Origin: a virus
Length of the DNA stretch: 64,000 nucleotides
Strand: one strand, 5' to 3'
Virus record (IMG/VR): IMGVR_UViG_3300032893_000010
Location: 1 to 64,000 of that record
A model generated the notes under the pieces. That model saw nothing but the letters and a program-made list of their open reading frames with translations, did not search any database and was not told the DNA's origin. Within the stretch, counting starts at the first letter, position 1; each line of letters starts with the position of its first letter. Position numbers and translations under genes: made by a program. Below are positions 1 to 8,976 of this stretch, one piece after another.

Positions 1-1
1 G

Positions 2-358
2 GTAACTGAGGCGTATACTACTGTATCTCAGTTCCTGACAAACTCAGGGTCAGGCGGTGGTGGAGCGCTTACTGAAGTATCAACATCTGGTACAGGATAT
101 ACCAGGCAGGCGTTAAGTTCTGTGACATACACAGAATCAGGGCTTGTGTCTACCCTGACATGCGCTAATCCATCATGGGCATCTGCGTCGTTCTCGGCAG
201 TATATGCGTTCTTCTATGATTACACTGCTGGAGGATCTTCAGACTCTAACGGTCTTATACTATGCTACTGGGATTTCGGCGGCACTCAGACTGTTACATC
301 AGCTACATTCACTCTCACAATCAGCGGCTCAGGTCTAGTTACTTGGACTTCAAGTTAA
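2..358 (+). CDS. Virion structural protein, 5'-truncated by the window edge
   Basis: The frame of ORF 122..358 is open from base 2 (VTEAYTTVSQF...). Ser/Thr/Gly-rich beta-type sequence at the head of a structural gene run. Confidence 0.6.
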   Translation, partial: VTEAYTTVSQFLTNSGSGGGGALTEVSTSGTGYTRQALSSVTYTESGLVSTLTCANPSWASASFSAVYAFFYDYTAGGSSDSNGLILCYWDFGGTQTVTSATFTLTISGSGLVTWTSS

Positions 359-367
359 GGATTAACA

Positions 368-964
368 ATGACATTCTTCTCTGGTACAGTATCAGAAGTC
401 ATCTATTCCATGCCAGCAGCGGGGACTGCTCTGGCATCATCAACAACAAAAACTGTAATCTCATCGACAGGTTCAGCTACACTCCCGGCATTCCAGCTAC
501 CGACTCCGTTATGGCAGCCTTCGTATTCAGTTGGCCGTGCCCTTCGTGTTAACTTCGGTGGAACATTCGGGACAACAGGTACTCCTACTCTTCAGATCTG
601 GCTGTATCTTGACACTACTCAGGCAACAGCAGGAACAATCCTGGCTGCAACTGGAGCGTTTACTTCACCTTCAGGTGTGACAAACGGATCATTCTGGGGT
701 CAGGTTGACATAACTGCGACGACTCAGGGTCTGTCATCTAACGTATACACTGAGGCTGTATATGCAAACGGATGGCTGTCTCTGGGAACAGCTAACAACG
801 CAGCTACAGCAGCAGCGACAACATACATGATAGGTGCACCTCAGTCAACTGTTTCTTATAACCCTCTGTCTACTAACTATCTTGAGATGTGGGCTCAGTG
901 GGGAACCAACTCAGCATCTAACACTATCCAGCTAACTGAATTCATAGTATCTGGACTTAATTAG
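368..964 (+). CDS. Putative virion structural/decoration protein
   Basis: 198 aa, Thr/Ala/Gly-rich; AAGGGA RBS upstream. Confidence 0.55.
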   Translation: MTFFSGTVSEVIYSMPAAGTALASSTTKTVISSTGSATLPAFQLPTPLWQPSYSVGRALRVNFGGTFGTTGTPTLQIWLYLDTTQATAGTILAATGAFTSPSGVTNGSFWGQVDITATTQGLSSNVYTEAVYANGWLSLGTANNAATAAATTYMIGAPQSTVSYNPLSTNYLEMWAQWGTNSASNTIQLTEFIVSGLN

Positions 965-993
965 TTCAATCTACTGGTCTTAACTATGCTACG

Positions 994-1033
994 CTATCGG
1001 TATGGAAATAACTAACTGTCCCCATACCGATAG
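994..1033. promoter_or_regulatory. Intergenic stem-loop
   Basis: 12-bp perfect inverted repeat CTATCGGTATGG (994-1005) / CCATACCGATAG (1022-1033). Confidence 0.5.
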
Positions 1034-1110
1034 AAAGTATATAGCTAAGGGCATGTTTGGCTCTTGCTATGCTATGGATTACCAGACTGAACTAATATTA
1101 GATAAAAACA

Positions 1111-1176
1111 AAGCTCTTTACCGGAAATGATCATGACGTTTATTTCAGCCTGTCCGGTAAAGAGCTTGTTCTTTTT
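1111..1176 (+). terminator. Long hairpin with T-rich tail, putative intrinsic terminator/attenuator
   Basis: 15-bp perfect inverted repeat AAGCTCTTTACCGGA (1111-1125) / TCCGGTAAAGAGCTT (1153-1167), followed by GTTCTTTTT. Confidence 0.5.
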
Positions 1177-1188
1177 CAGGGATGTTAA

Positions 1189-3480
1189 GTGGCAGTCATA
1201 ACACTAGTCCAGTCGAAAGCTGGTGCTGCTAACACATCGTCCCTGACTCTTAACAGCTCTACGACTCAGGGAAACTGCCTTGTAGTAACCATAAGCGGTC
1301 TTGATTCTTCGGGTTCCCCCGCAGTTTCGGGTGTTACCATAGGCGGTTCAGCATCGAATTTCCAGCAAGTAACAGGCGTTGTCTCAGGCGGCGCGCTAGG
1401 TAAAGCTGGAGCGTTCATATGGGCGTGTCCTTCTTGTCCAGGCGGGCAGACATCCGTTGCAGTGTCCCTGTCTGGTTTTACTAGCTATGAGATAGCAGCT
1501 TACGAAGTATCTGGACTGCAATCAACTTTCGCGGCACTTGTTGATCAGGTGAGTACTAATTCTAATACTTCTGGATCATCATGGACCTCTAATACTACTC
1601 CTGCTACTTCCAATGCGTCAGAGTTCATAGTAGGTGCTGCTGGTACTTCAGGATCTACTGCTGGTCCTTCTTCTCCGTGGACTAATGTTATAGCCTCTGG
1701 AGACACGGCTTCCGGCTGGCAGATATCTTCAAATACGGGAACATTCTCCTATAGCGGGACAGCAGCGAGCAATGTATGGGCTGCGGTAATAGCTACTCTT
1801 AATCCTGCACCTTCGGCAACATCATCAGTATCGCTTGTCCCCTTATCTTCTTCTCCTTATCCTCTGCCTTATGTAGCTCCCGGTCTTACTCCTCAGAGGC
1901 CAGCTAATTATCCTAATACGTATTATCCGGGTATAACAGCGGATAATACGTCAGCAGCTAACTACGGTTCTGTAAAAATATCCTGCTCCCCGTCGCCATC
2001 GCCCATCACGGCAGCGTCTTACATAGGATTACCGTACATACAGATCGCATACAGCATACCTGCTCCCTTCCCGCTTTCTGCTCCTTTCCCTTTGAGTCTC
2101 ATCCAGTCTTTCAGGTTACGTCCTGAGACTGTGGCAGGAACAGCCACGCCTCCTACTGTAATTTCCGGGATGACATCTTCGGTAAATGCTACTGCTTACC
2201 TCGGCGGGACATCTATAACTAACGCTGCTGTGTATAGCCTGGTTTTCCCGTTCCCGGCTAACAGTCCTCATCCTCTGAGGATAATAAGTAAGATAAAGCC
2301 GCGGAATCCTAGCCAGCCTTTGTCATTTGCGACAGCCATGTCAGCTTCTGCGACAACTTCAGCTCCATCAGGAACTGTTACCATATCACTTCATGTGACA
2401 GCTAATGATAGTGTGGCAGCTAACTACGGGAACTTGTTCATCAGCAGTGTTACACATAAGCCTTTCCCGTTCTCTAACTATCCCGAGCGGTACATATTAA
2501 GAAATTACAGGGCGCAGTATTCTTCTGGGAAGCAGTGGCTTCCTACCAACATACATGGTCTTTCATCTCTGGTTTCTATAGCGTCGAATATCGGATCTGT
2601 ATCTATAGGAAAATCTGTTCCTGGTTTCGTGTCTAATATTTTTGCCGCTACAGTACCAGGAACGGAAATAGGAAAAGAGCAGCAGCCGGTAATAAATGTT
2701 TCAGTGGCAGCTAATACAGGATCGTTGAAAACCAGGTTTACCGGCTCTGTTTCCGGGGCTTCGGTGTCCGCTCACATGGGGGTCATATCTGTTAATCAGC
2801 ATGCTTCCGGATATGTGTCAGTCAACCCAGAGTATGGCAGGGTATCATCGGGTGCATCAGTTGCCGGGCTGGCGAGTAGTATCTCGGTGCATGCTAATAG
2901 CGGAATCGTATCTTTGAGTTTCCGCAAGACCTCATCGGTATCTGTAGCAACTTCGCAAGGTCATACGATATCGCCTTCTGGTAGTACATCACATCTGAGC
3001 ATATCTTCTCATTACGGATCTGTGAAGATATCGCCATCTGGATCAGCTAATGCCTCAGTTGTATCCCATTCAGGACTTAAGATAAGTCCTGCTGTCCAGG
3101 CATCCCGAGTTTCAGTGGCATCATCAGTCAGGATATCAATATCTGAGACTCAGGTACCATCTCAGGTAAGCGTCGTAGCTCATTCGGGAACCAGGACTTA
3201 TGTTTCGGGTTCGTCAGCAGTTGCAGTAAAAGCTGTAAATGGAACTGTATCCATCTCCCCGGCATCAGGCAGGGCGTCTGTATCAGTTTCGGCACCTAAT
3301 GAAGGAAAATCAGTACAGGGAGCGGTATTAAGAGTTTCGGTGGCTGCTAATATAGGATCAGTTAGCGTAGCATATGGCATGACAGCCACAGTACAGCAGA
3401 AATCATATTACGGGATGGCAGGCTCATTGCATATGAAAGCCCGACTATACACAAGAGTGAACAATGACTATCAGCTATAA
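1189..3480 (+). CDS. Large Ser/Val-rich repetitive virion fibre/decoration protein
   Basis: 763 aa; repeated SVSVxAxxGxV units and PYPL/PFP...PQRPAN segments. Confidence 0.55.
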   Translation: MAVITLVQSKAGAANTSSLTLNSSTTQGNCLVVTISGLDSSGSPAVSGVTIGGSASNFQQVTGVVSGGALGKAGAFIWACPSCPGGQTSVAVSLSGFTSYEIAAYEVSGLQSTFAALVDQVSTNSNTSGSSWTSNTTPATSNASEFIVGAAGTSGSTAGPSSPWTNVIASGDTASGWQISSNTGTFSYSGTAASNVWAAVIATLNPAPSATSSVSLVPLSSSPYPLPYVAPGLTPQRPANYPNTYYPGITADNTSAANYGSVKISCSPSPSPITAASYIGLPYIQIAYSIPAPFPLSAPFPLSLIQSFRLRPETVAGTATPPTVISGMTSSVNATAYLGGTSITNAAVYSLVFPFPANSPHPLRIISKIKPRNPSQPLSFATAMSASATTSAPSGTVTISLHVTANDSVAANYGNLFISSVTHKPFPFSNYPERYILRNYRAQYSSGKQWLPTNIHGLSSLVSIASNIGSVSIGKSVPGFVSNIFAATVPGTEIGKEQQPVINVSVAANTGSLKTRFTGSVSGASVSAHMGVISVNQHASGYVSVNPEYGRVSSGASVAGLASSISVHANSGIVSLSFRKTSSVSVATSQGHTISPSGSTSHLSISSHYGSVKISPSGSANASVVSHSGLKISPAVQASRVSVASSVRISISETQVPSQVSVVAHSGTRTYVSGSSAVAVKAVNGTVSISPASGRASVSVSAPNEGKSVQGAVLRVSVAANIGSVSVAYGMTATVQQKSYYGMAGSLHMKARLYTRVNNDYQL

Positions 3481-5947
3481 TACCGGGACAACATCTGTTC
3501 TCGGCGGATCTGCTTCTAATAACAGCAGCTTCACCATACCTAGTTCGGTGCTTCCAGGTGATGTGATATTCGTATTGGTATTCGGTTTTACTACTGCTAC
3601 TGGAACGTTCGATATAACTCTTGGGTCTACGGCGACCACTCCGGTTAAAATAGGGACTGACGAATCTGCTGCTAATGGCGGGATTACCGCCATGTCAGCA
3701 ATTTTCTCTATAAATGCGAAAGCCGCAGATCCAGGAGCCACCCTCACATATACTATGACTGGGGGTACCGGAGGTCAGTACTGGTTTAACGTAGGACTTG
3801 TTTCCTATACCGGGGCAACCATTGTCGATGTCAATGCCGGGACATCCTATTACTCAACCAATACGGGTACTACCACAACTCCGAGTGCGACCACGAAGGT
3901 AAACGGAGACTGGCAGATTCAGTTTCTGGGTGTAGGTCCTAATCAAGGGAACAACTTCACCATTCCAGGCGGCCTTACTAACAGGCAGGCAATCACCGGG
4001 CCATCTGGTAACGCGGGTCTCCTGCTTAATATAGCTGATAGCAATGGAAGCGTTGGTAATGCTGGCACTGCCATCGGAAATACTACGTGGGTTTGCGGAC
4101 CCAGTACAGCTAGCACCTGGTCTACATCATTCACTGTAGGACTTCAGCCAGCTAGACCTGTCTACACAGCATTCGGGACAAATGGTAATAACACCGGGGG
4201 CTCGGCGTCATCTCTGACCTTGGCTGGCGGATGGATTGCCGGTACTCTATTCGAGGTTACTTCAAGCGGGTATCAGATATCTGGTTATGGTATGTGGTGC
4301 TGTGACGCGACACAGGCTGGAAGTACCATAGAATTTGCTTTGTGGCAAGCAACGGGAGCCGGTACAGGGACGCTAGTAGCTAATTCTACTGCCACGCTTG
4401 GCCCTCAGACACCGGGAACATGGTCTTATGTCTCACTGGCAACTCCTATTCCCCTGGTTGCCAATCAGATTTATAAAGCCCAGGCAGGTACTACCGTCGC
4501 ACTTCCATGGGATCAGAGCTATTTCGGCACTGCCGGTGCAGGAATCAATGGTTTCTTAAACGGCCCGCTGAAAATCTTCTCAAGCAGTGCAGGAGATGGA
4601 GGGGCTAGCCAGGATGTTTACGGGGATTCCCAGGCTAATTATCACTGGGCTAATCCCGGTCCTTCTGATCCTACATCTTCCTATGTTACTTCGGATTTTG
4701 CTGCTTCTAATCCATGGATAGATGTCCAGATAACCCAGATACCGCAAGCTAATTCGTATACTCCTGCTTCTGTGCCGGTTCTTAATTCCGTATACAGCTT
4801 GATAAGACCTGCGCTGACGCCTACGATTCAGTCTATCCCCGGTGTTTACGTACAAGGACTTACAGCCGCATCTACAGTTGCTGCTCCTACTGGTAATGTC
4901 AGCGTTACTGCATCTTCATCGTTGACCAGTAATCCGGTTGCTGCCAGGAATCTTTATCCCTTGTCTGCGGGACAGGCCAGGACTCTAGTACCGCAAAGAC
5001 CGGCAAACATACCGCTGGCATCTCATAGCGCGAATATTAACGGTCTTGCATCTAACGTTAACGTGGTAGCTAATCTAGGTGCTATCAGTGTATCGAAAAC
5101 TGTATCAGTATCTCAGGTAGCTGTATCTGCTTCCTATGGCGGCATGGCGATATTCAGTAACGTGCAGCCTCAGTTCTCTTTTGCCATTGATGCTCCGTAT
5201 CCTCTGAGCATAGCGAATGGTCCTGGTTTCTTCAAGCCGCAAAGACCAGCTAACATCCCTGGTATTTACGTTAACGGGATTACTGCCACAGCTACGGTAT
5301 CAGCTAATTCCGGTAGCGTGATATTCATACCTATCGGAACTACGGCATCTGTTCCCGCTATTGATTCAGTAGCTAAACTGACAAGAACCAGGATAAGAGT
5401 ACCTAAGCCTTCTATTCCTGTACCACCGCCAGCATCAGCGAATATCAGCGGTCTTGTTTCTGTTGTAAATGTGTCAGCTAACTTCGGCACCGTAAGATCG
5501 TCTCTTACAGGTTCATCATCTAACGACAGTGTGTCAGCTAATTCAGTTGGCATAAAAGAAACGATAACTGTTTCAGTATCAAATGTGAATGTTGCTGCCA
5601 ATTTCGGGAGCGTGGCAATATCTGCTTCTGCCGGAAGATTCCAGCCCCAGGTTCCTTTCCCGTCAGTAGTTCATTATCCGTTGAACATCGTTTCTCACCT
5701 AAGGGCACAGAATCAGTACCTTATAGGAAGAAACAATATAAGCGTGCCAGGAAGCGTTGCTGTAGTGAGTGTGGCAGCAATACCCGGGGCCGCGAATCCT
5801 CCGGTTAATATCCATGGGGTTGCAGCTTTTGTCACTTCCATGGCAATCTCAGGGTCCTATATAACTGGAAGCACTCCTGAGGTTATCGTGTGGAAGACGA
5901 GGTTGCTGAGGCCATCTCATTCAAGACTGAGGTATAATCATAATTAG
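3464..5947 (+). CDS. Large virion fibre/decoration protein with a DUF4082-like beta domain
   Basis: 827 aa. GTLFEVT...FALW...GTLVA...WSYVSLATPIPL resembles DUF4082. C-terminal repeats are shared with the preceding gene. Confidence 0.55.
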   Translation: MTISYNTGTTSVLGGSASNNSSFTIPSSVLPGDVIFVLVFGFTTATGTFDITLGSTATTPVKIGTDESAANGGITAMSAIFSINAKAADPGATLTYTMTGGTGGQYWFNVGLVSYTGATIVDVNAGTSYYSTNTGTTTTPSATTKVNGDWQIQFLGVGPNQGNNFTIPGGLTNRQAITGPSGNAGLLLNIADSNGSVGNAGTAIGNTTWVCGPSTASTWSTSFTVGLQPARPVYTAFGTNGNNTGGSASSLTLAGGWIAGTLFEVTSSGYQISGYGMWCCDATQAGSTIEFALWQATGAGTGTLVANSTATLGPQTPGTWSYVSLATPIPLVANQIYKAQAGTTVALPWDQSYFGTAGAGINGFLNGPLKIFSSSAGDGGASQDVYGDSQANYHWANPGPSDPTSSYVTSDFAASNPWIDVQITQIPQANSYTPASVPVLNSVYSLIRPALTPTIQSIPGVYVQGLTAASTVAAPTGNVSVTASSSLTSNPVAARNLYPLSAGQARTLVPQRPANIPLASHSANINGLASNVNVVANLGAISVSKTVSVSQVAVSASYGGMAIFSNVQPQFSFAIDAPYPLSIANGPGFFKPQRPANIPGIYVNGITATATVSANSGSVIFIPIGTTASVPAIDSVAKLTRTRIRVPKPSIPVPPPASANISGLVSVVNVSANFGTVRSSLTGSSSNDSVSANSVGIKETITVSVSNVNVAANFGSVAISASAGRFQPQVPFPSVVHYPLNIVSHLRAQNQYLIGRNNISVPGSVAVVSVAAIPGAANPPVNIHGVAAFVTSMAISGSYITGSTPEVIVWKTRLLRPSHSRLRYNHN

Positions 5948-5980
5948 CGAAATATATTTCTTTACGTAAAGGATTAAAAC

Positions 5981-6637
5981 ATGGGACTAAACGTAAGCAC
6001 AGGCCCAGACGGAATTTCAGTACTAGGGGTGGGATGGACTAACCAGTCGAGCACCTACAACACTAACAAGTCACTGGAATCTTATGGTGCTGCTTCGTCG
6101 GCAATTTTCAACCCGGCTGTCAAGAGAACATACCAGGCGTGGACTTATGACCCAATCTTCGCAGGGGGAACAGCGCAGGCCGCATCTACGACTATGGCTG
6201 TCCTGATCTACGTGACTGAGACTTTTTCCTGCACAAGCCTAGACTATATCGGTGTTGCTAACACTACTAACGTCACAGGTGCTATATGGCCGTCAACAGC
6301 TCCAGCAGGAACAGCTACACCTCTGGCATGGTCAGCAGCTACAGCTAACTCAGCAGCAGCGCTTAACTCTCTGACATGGAATGGTGCATCATCGCCATCT
6401 TCTGTAACACTGACTGGCGGTAATTTCTATTTTGCTACCCTGTACAGCACGACTGTTACCGTGGCTGTTCTTAACGGAGTATCAAGCTATATAGTAAACG
6501 CGGCACCAGCAGGAACATACTCTACATCTACAACATATGTGTCAGGCACAGTGGGTACACTGACAACTGTATCATCGGCATCTGTTTTCGGCACATCAAC
6601 ACTATCTCAGTATGTTCCGTGGGTAGCACTTCACTAA
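5981..6637 (+). CDS. Hypothetical structural protein
   Basis: 218 aa, AAAGGA RBS, Thr/Ser/Ala-rich. Confidence 0.5.
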   Translation: MGLNVSTGPDGISVLGVGWTNQSSTYNTNKSLESYGAASSAIFNPAVKRTYQAWTYDPIFAGGTAQAASTTMAVLIYVTETFSCTSLDYIGVANTTNVTGAIWPSTAPAGTATPLAWSAATANSAAALNSLTWNGASSPSSVTLTGGNFYFATLYSTTVTVAVLNGVSSYIVNAAPAGTYSTSTTYVSGTVGTLTTVSSASVFGTSTLSQYVPWVALH

Positions 6638-6646
6638 GGATAATTG

Positions 6647-7096
6647 ATGTCTTTCACGGCACAGCAATCTGCTAGCGGTACTCTTACCGCTAGCACTCAG
6701 ACTACGGTAACATTCGGGGATGGTACTGCTAATGTGCCTATTCGGTATGCTTATGTTATCGTGGAGAATACTTCCGCTTCAACGTCACCTGAGCCTATTA
6801 TTTATGTCAGGACTGACGGGCAGAATGCTACTGCTGGAGGAGATTATACTGTTCCAGTGTATCCAGGAGAGAAAGCTGTCATAGCGAACGCACAGCCTTT
6901 GTGGACGCAAGCAGCAAACGTTATACCGTTCAGTACGTCAACAGCGTCTTCTCTTAGCGAGAATCTAGGTACTGATTCTCAGGTGCAACCATATGGTTCT
7001 TCTTTCTACGGGCAGAAAGCATCCCCTGGCACTTCAGTAAGCATGATAGGGGCTGGTACTACCACACCTTCTTATACTGTTACCGGAACAGGATGA
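6647..7096 (+). CDS. Hypothetical structural protein
   Basis: ORF 6644..7096; ATG at 6647 follows an AAGGA RBS. Confidence 0.5.
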   Translation: MSFTAQQSASGTLTASTQTTVTFGDGTANVPIRYAYVIVENTSASTSPEPIIYVRTDGQNATAGGDYTVPVYPGEKAVIANAQPLWTQAANVIPFSTSTASSLSENLGTDSQVQPYGSSFYGQKASPGTSVSMIGAGTTTPSYTVTGTG

Positions 7097-7440
7097 GTCT
7101 TCTCAATTGCGCTAATCTGGCTTCTGGGCAGATCTGGCAAGGTTTGTTCAGTCGCTTTGTTTATCCTGTCTTCTGGAGCTATGGGTGGTCAGATGTCACT
7201 GATATGACATCTAGTGCTGACATGTATATATGCTTTGACGGAGTTCAGCAGAAAAGGGGTATAACAGCTACATGGTTGTTGTACAAGAAAGATTTTTTCC
7301 CCTGTAGCGTGGAGTGGCCGACATATGGTGGCTGGTTGCAGGAAACTAATAATTGCATTGTAGGCTGTCAGGGAGTTCAGGTCATAGTAGCGGCAGCAGT
7401 CAAGAATAATCTATTAAACTGTCAATTTGCAGGAGCATAA
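7093..7440 (+). CDS. Hypothetical protein
   Basis: 115 aa; ATGA overlap with the upstream gene and abuts the downstream start. Confidence 0.4.
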   Translation: MSLLNCANLASGQIWQGLFSRFVYPVFWSYGWSDVTDMTSSADMYICFDGVQQKRGITATWLLYKKDFFPCSVEWPTYGGWLQETNNCIVGCQGVQVIVAAAVKNNLLNCQFAGA

Positions 7441-7905
7441 ATGGCAAAGGCATATTCAGCACCAACAGGTATTCCTAAGGGTGCTACACCAAATCCGGTT
7501 ACGATGGCACCTAGCCCATCATTCCCTGAGAGGCCGGGAACATATTTTGAGGCTAAGGGCGCTTCTCCTACTCCTGGTCGTCAGGGACCAGCAAGATTCT
7601 ATGAGGGAGTAACTTCAGATACAGATGTATCAAGAGAGTTCTCCAATGGTGTCATGCAGGGTTACGAGACTGCGCCTGGCCGTCCTAATCATAACAAGAA
7701 TGTTTATGAGAAGCTTCCAGCAGAGACTATGCAGGAGCGTAGGCATATGGGTTCAGCGGCATGGACAGAAGCACCAACGTTCCTTGGTGAGTTTTCTCAT
7801 GGTGCGGATTCAGTTGTGGCTGAGCGTAAGTATGAGCAGGTTACAAGAGGCGCAGGTCTTGGCCGTCGCTGGGAGAGAGTCTCGCCAGCAGAGGTGAACG
7901 ACTAG
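7441..7905 (+). CDS. Hypothetical protein upstream of portal
   Basis: 154 aa, AGGAG RBS. Confidence 0.6.
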   Translation: MAKAYSAPTGIPKGATPNPVTMAPSPSFPERPGTYFEAKGASPTPGRQGPARFYEGVTSDTDVSREFSNGVMQGYETAPGRPNHNKNVYEKLPAETMQERRHMGSAAWTEAPTFLGEFSHGADSVVAERKYEQVTRGAGLGRRWERVSPAEVND

Positions 7906-7909
7906 CAAC

Positions 7910-8101
7910 ATGTCCAGGGCTCACATAAGTAAAAGACCTCACAGGCATAAGAAAGACGCCCGGCCTACCAACTCAAAACCTAAGTTTTCTGGTGGCGGTG
8001 CCAAGTCTAAGACTATGCCTGTTTCTGCTGGTCATTTACCTAAGCCTCAGACAACCCATCAGCATAAAAGCAGGTCTAAGAGATCCAGAAGGGCGCACTG
8101 A
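7910..8101 (+). CDS. Small highly basic protein (paralog of next gene)
   Basis: Lys/Arg/His-rich; FSG...SKTM...G..PKP...KR.RRA is shared with 8101..8316. Confidence 0.55.
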   Translation: MSRAHISKRPHRHKKDARPTNSKPKFSGGGAKSKTMPVSAGHLPKPQTTHQHKSRSKRSRRAH

Positions 8102-8316
8102 TGGCCAATACGGTACTTTCCAAGGCTCAGTTTTCTTCTGAGACGTCTCAGAAGAAAACTGAGCCTTCAGGAGATCCTAAGTTTAACAGGGCAAGATTTT
8201 CTGGTTCGGCAGGAACTTCTAAGACTATGCATATAGCACGAGGGAAGGTTCCTAAGCCTCCTGGTGAGCATCCCCATCACAGGAAATCAGGTAAGAGAAC
8301 TAGACGGGCACGATGA
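8101..8316 (+). CDS. Small highly basic protein
   Basis: Paralog of 7910..8101; N-terminal VLSKAQF motif. Confidence 0.55.
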   Translation: MANTVLSKAQFSSETSQKKTEPSGDPKFNRARFSGSAGTSKTMHIARGKVPKPPGEHPHHRKSGKRTRRAR

Positions 8317-8326
8317 TGTAAGCCCA

Positions 8327-8335
8327 TGGTAGAAT
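8327..8335 (+). promoter_or_regulatory. Extended -10 promoter, probably leaderless transcript of the HNH gene
   Basis: TG-G-TAGAAT ends 6 nt before ATG 8342; no SD upstream. Confidence 0.45.
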
Positions 8336-8341
8336 ATATCC

Positions 8342-8818
8342 ATGGAAACTGTTACATACACACGGATGCGTGATGGTAAGACACAGACTGTCACCAGGAA
8401 CAAGAAGGCACACGGCGAATCTAAGACTCCGCTTTACAGATTATGGAAAGCTATGGTTCGCCGTTGTGAATCTGAGAAAGCACACAATTATAAGTGGTAC
8501 GGTGGCAAGGGAATAAAAGTTTGCCCCGAATGGAGAAGTGACTACACAGTCTTTCGGGACTGGGCACACGAAAACGGATACGTAAGAGGACTAGAACTTG
8601 ACAGAATTGATTCAGACAAAGATTATGAACCTGGTAACTGTAGATGGATTACTAAGAAAGCTAATATCCGGTACAGGGACATGTTCTGGGATGAGGAACT
8701 GGACGCACAGATAATAATGACAGCAAAAGAATTAGGTATTGACCCCTATGTGCTTATCGAGAAAGCTGTTAGGTCATACCTCCAAGTTAGTGGGGGAGGT
8801 GATCTAGCATGTCTATAG
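8342..8818 (+). CDS. Free-standing HNH-family homing endonuclease
   Basis: HGESKTPLYRLWKAM..RC...YGGKGIKVCPEW...LELDRIDSDKDYEPGNCRWIT...N signature. Its 3' end (GGAGGTGA) supplies the RBS for the portal N-terminal ORF. Confidence 0.8.
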   Translation: METVTYTRMRDGKTQTVTRNKKAHGESKTPLYRLWKAMVRRCESEKAHNYKWYGGKGIKVCPEWRSDYTVFRDWAHENGYVRGLELDRIDSDKDYEPGNCRWITKKANIRYRDMFWDEELDAQIIMTAKELGIDPYVLIEKAVRSYLQVSGGGDLACL

Positions 8819-8976
8819 ATTTTGTCAGCCCTAATATTAGGGCCGCAGGCTCAGACTTGACCATTGCGATTAGTCCATTAGGGCTCGTAGAACTTTCGGA
8901 TGAGGAATTCGAAGTTCACGGTCCACGACTAAACCGTTACGCTCAGGCATGGGCCTTTTATCTTGGACATCATTGA
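8809..8976 (+). CDS. Portal protein N-terminal segment (55 aa), absent from the ORF track
   Basis: GGAGGTGA RBS then ATG. Translates MSIDFVSPNIRAAGSDLTIAISPLGLVELSDEEFEVHGPRLNRYAQAWAFYLGHH-stop; the YLGHH-W continuation lies in the next frame. Confidence 0.7.
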   Translation: MSIDFVSPNIRAAGSDLTIAISPLGLVELSDEEFEVHGPRLNRYAQAWAFYLGHH

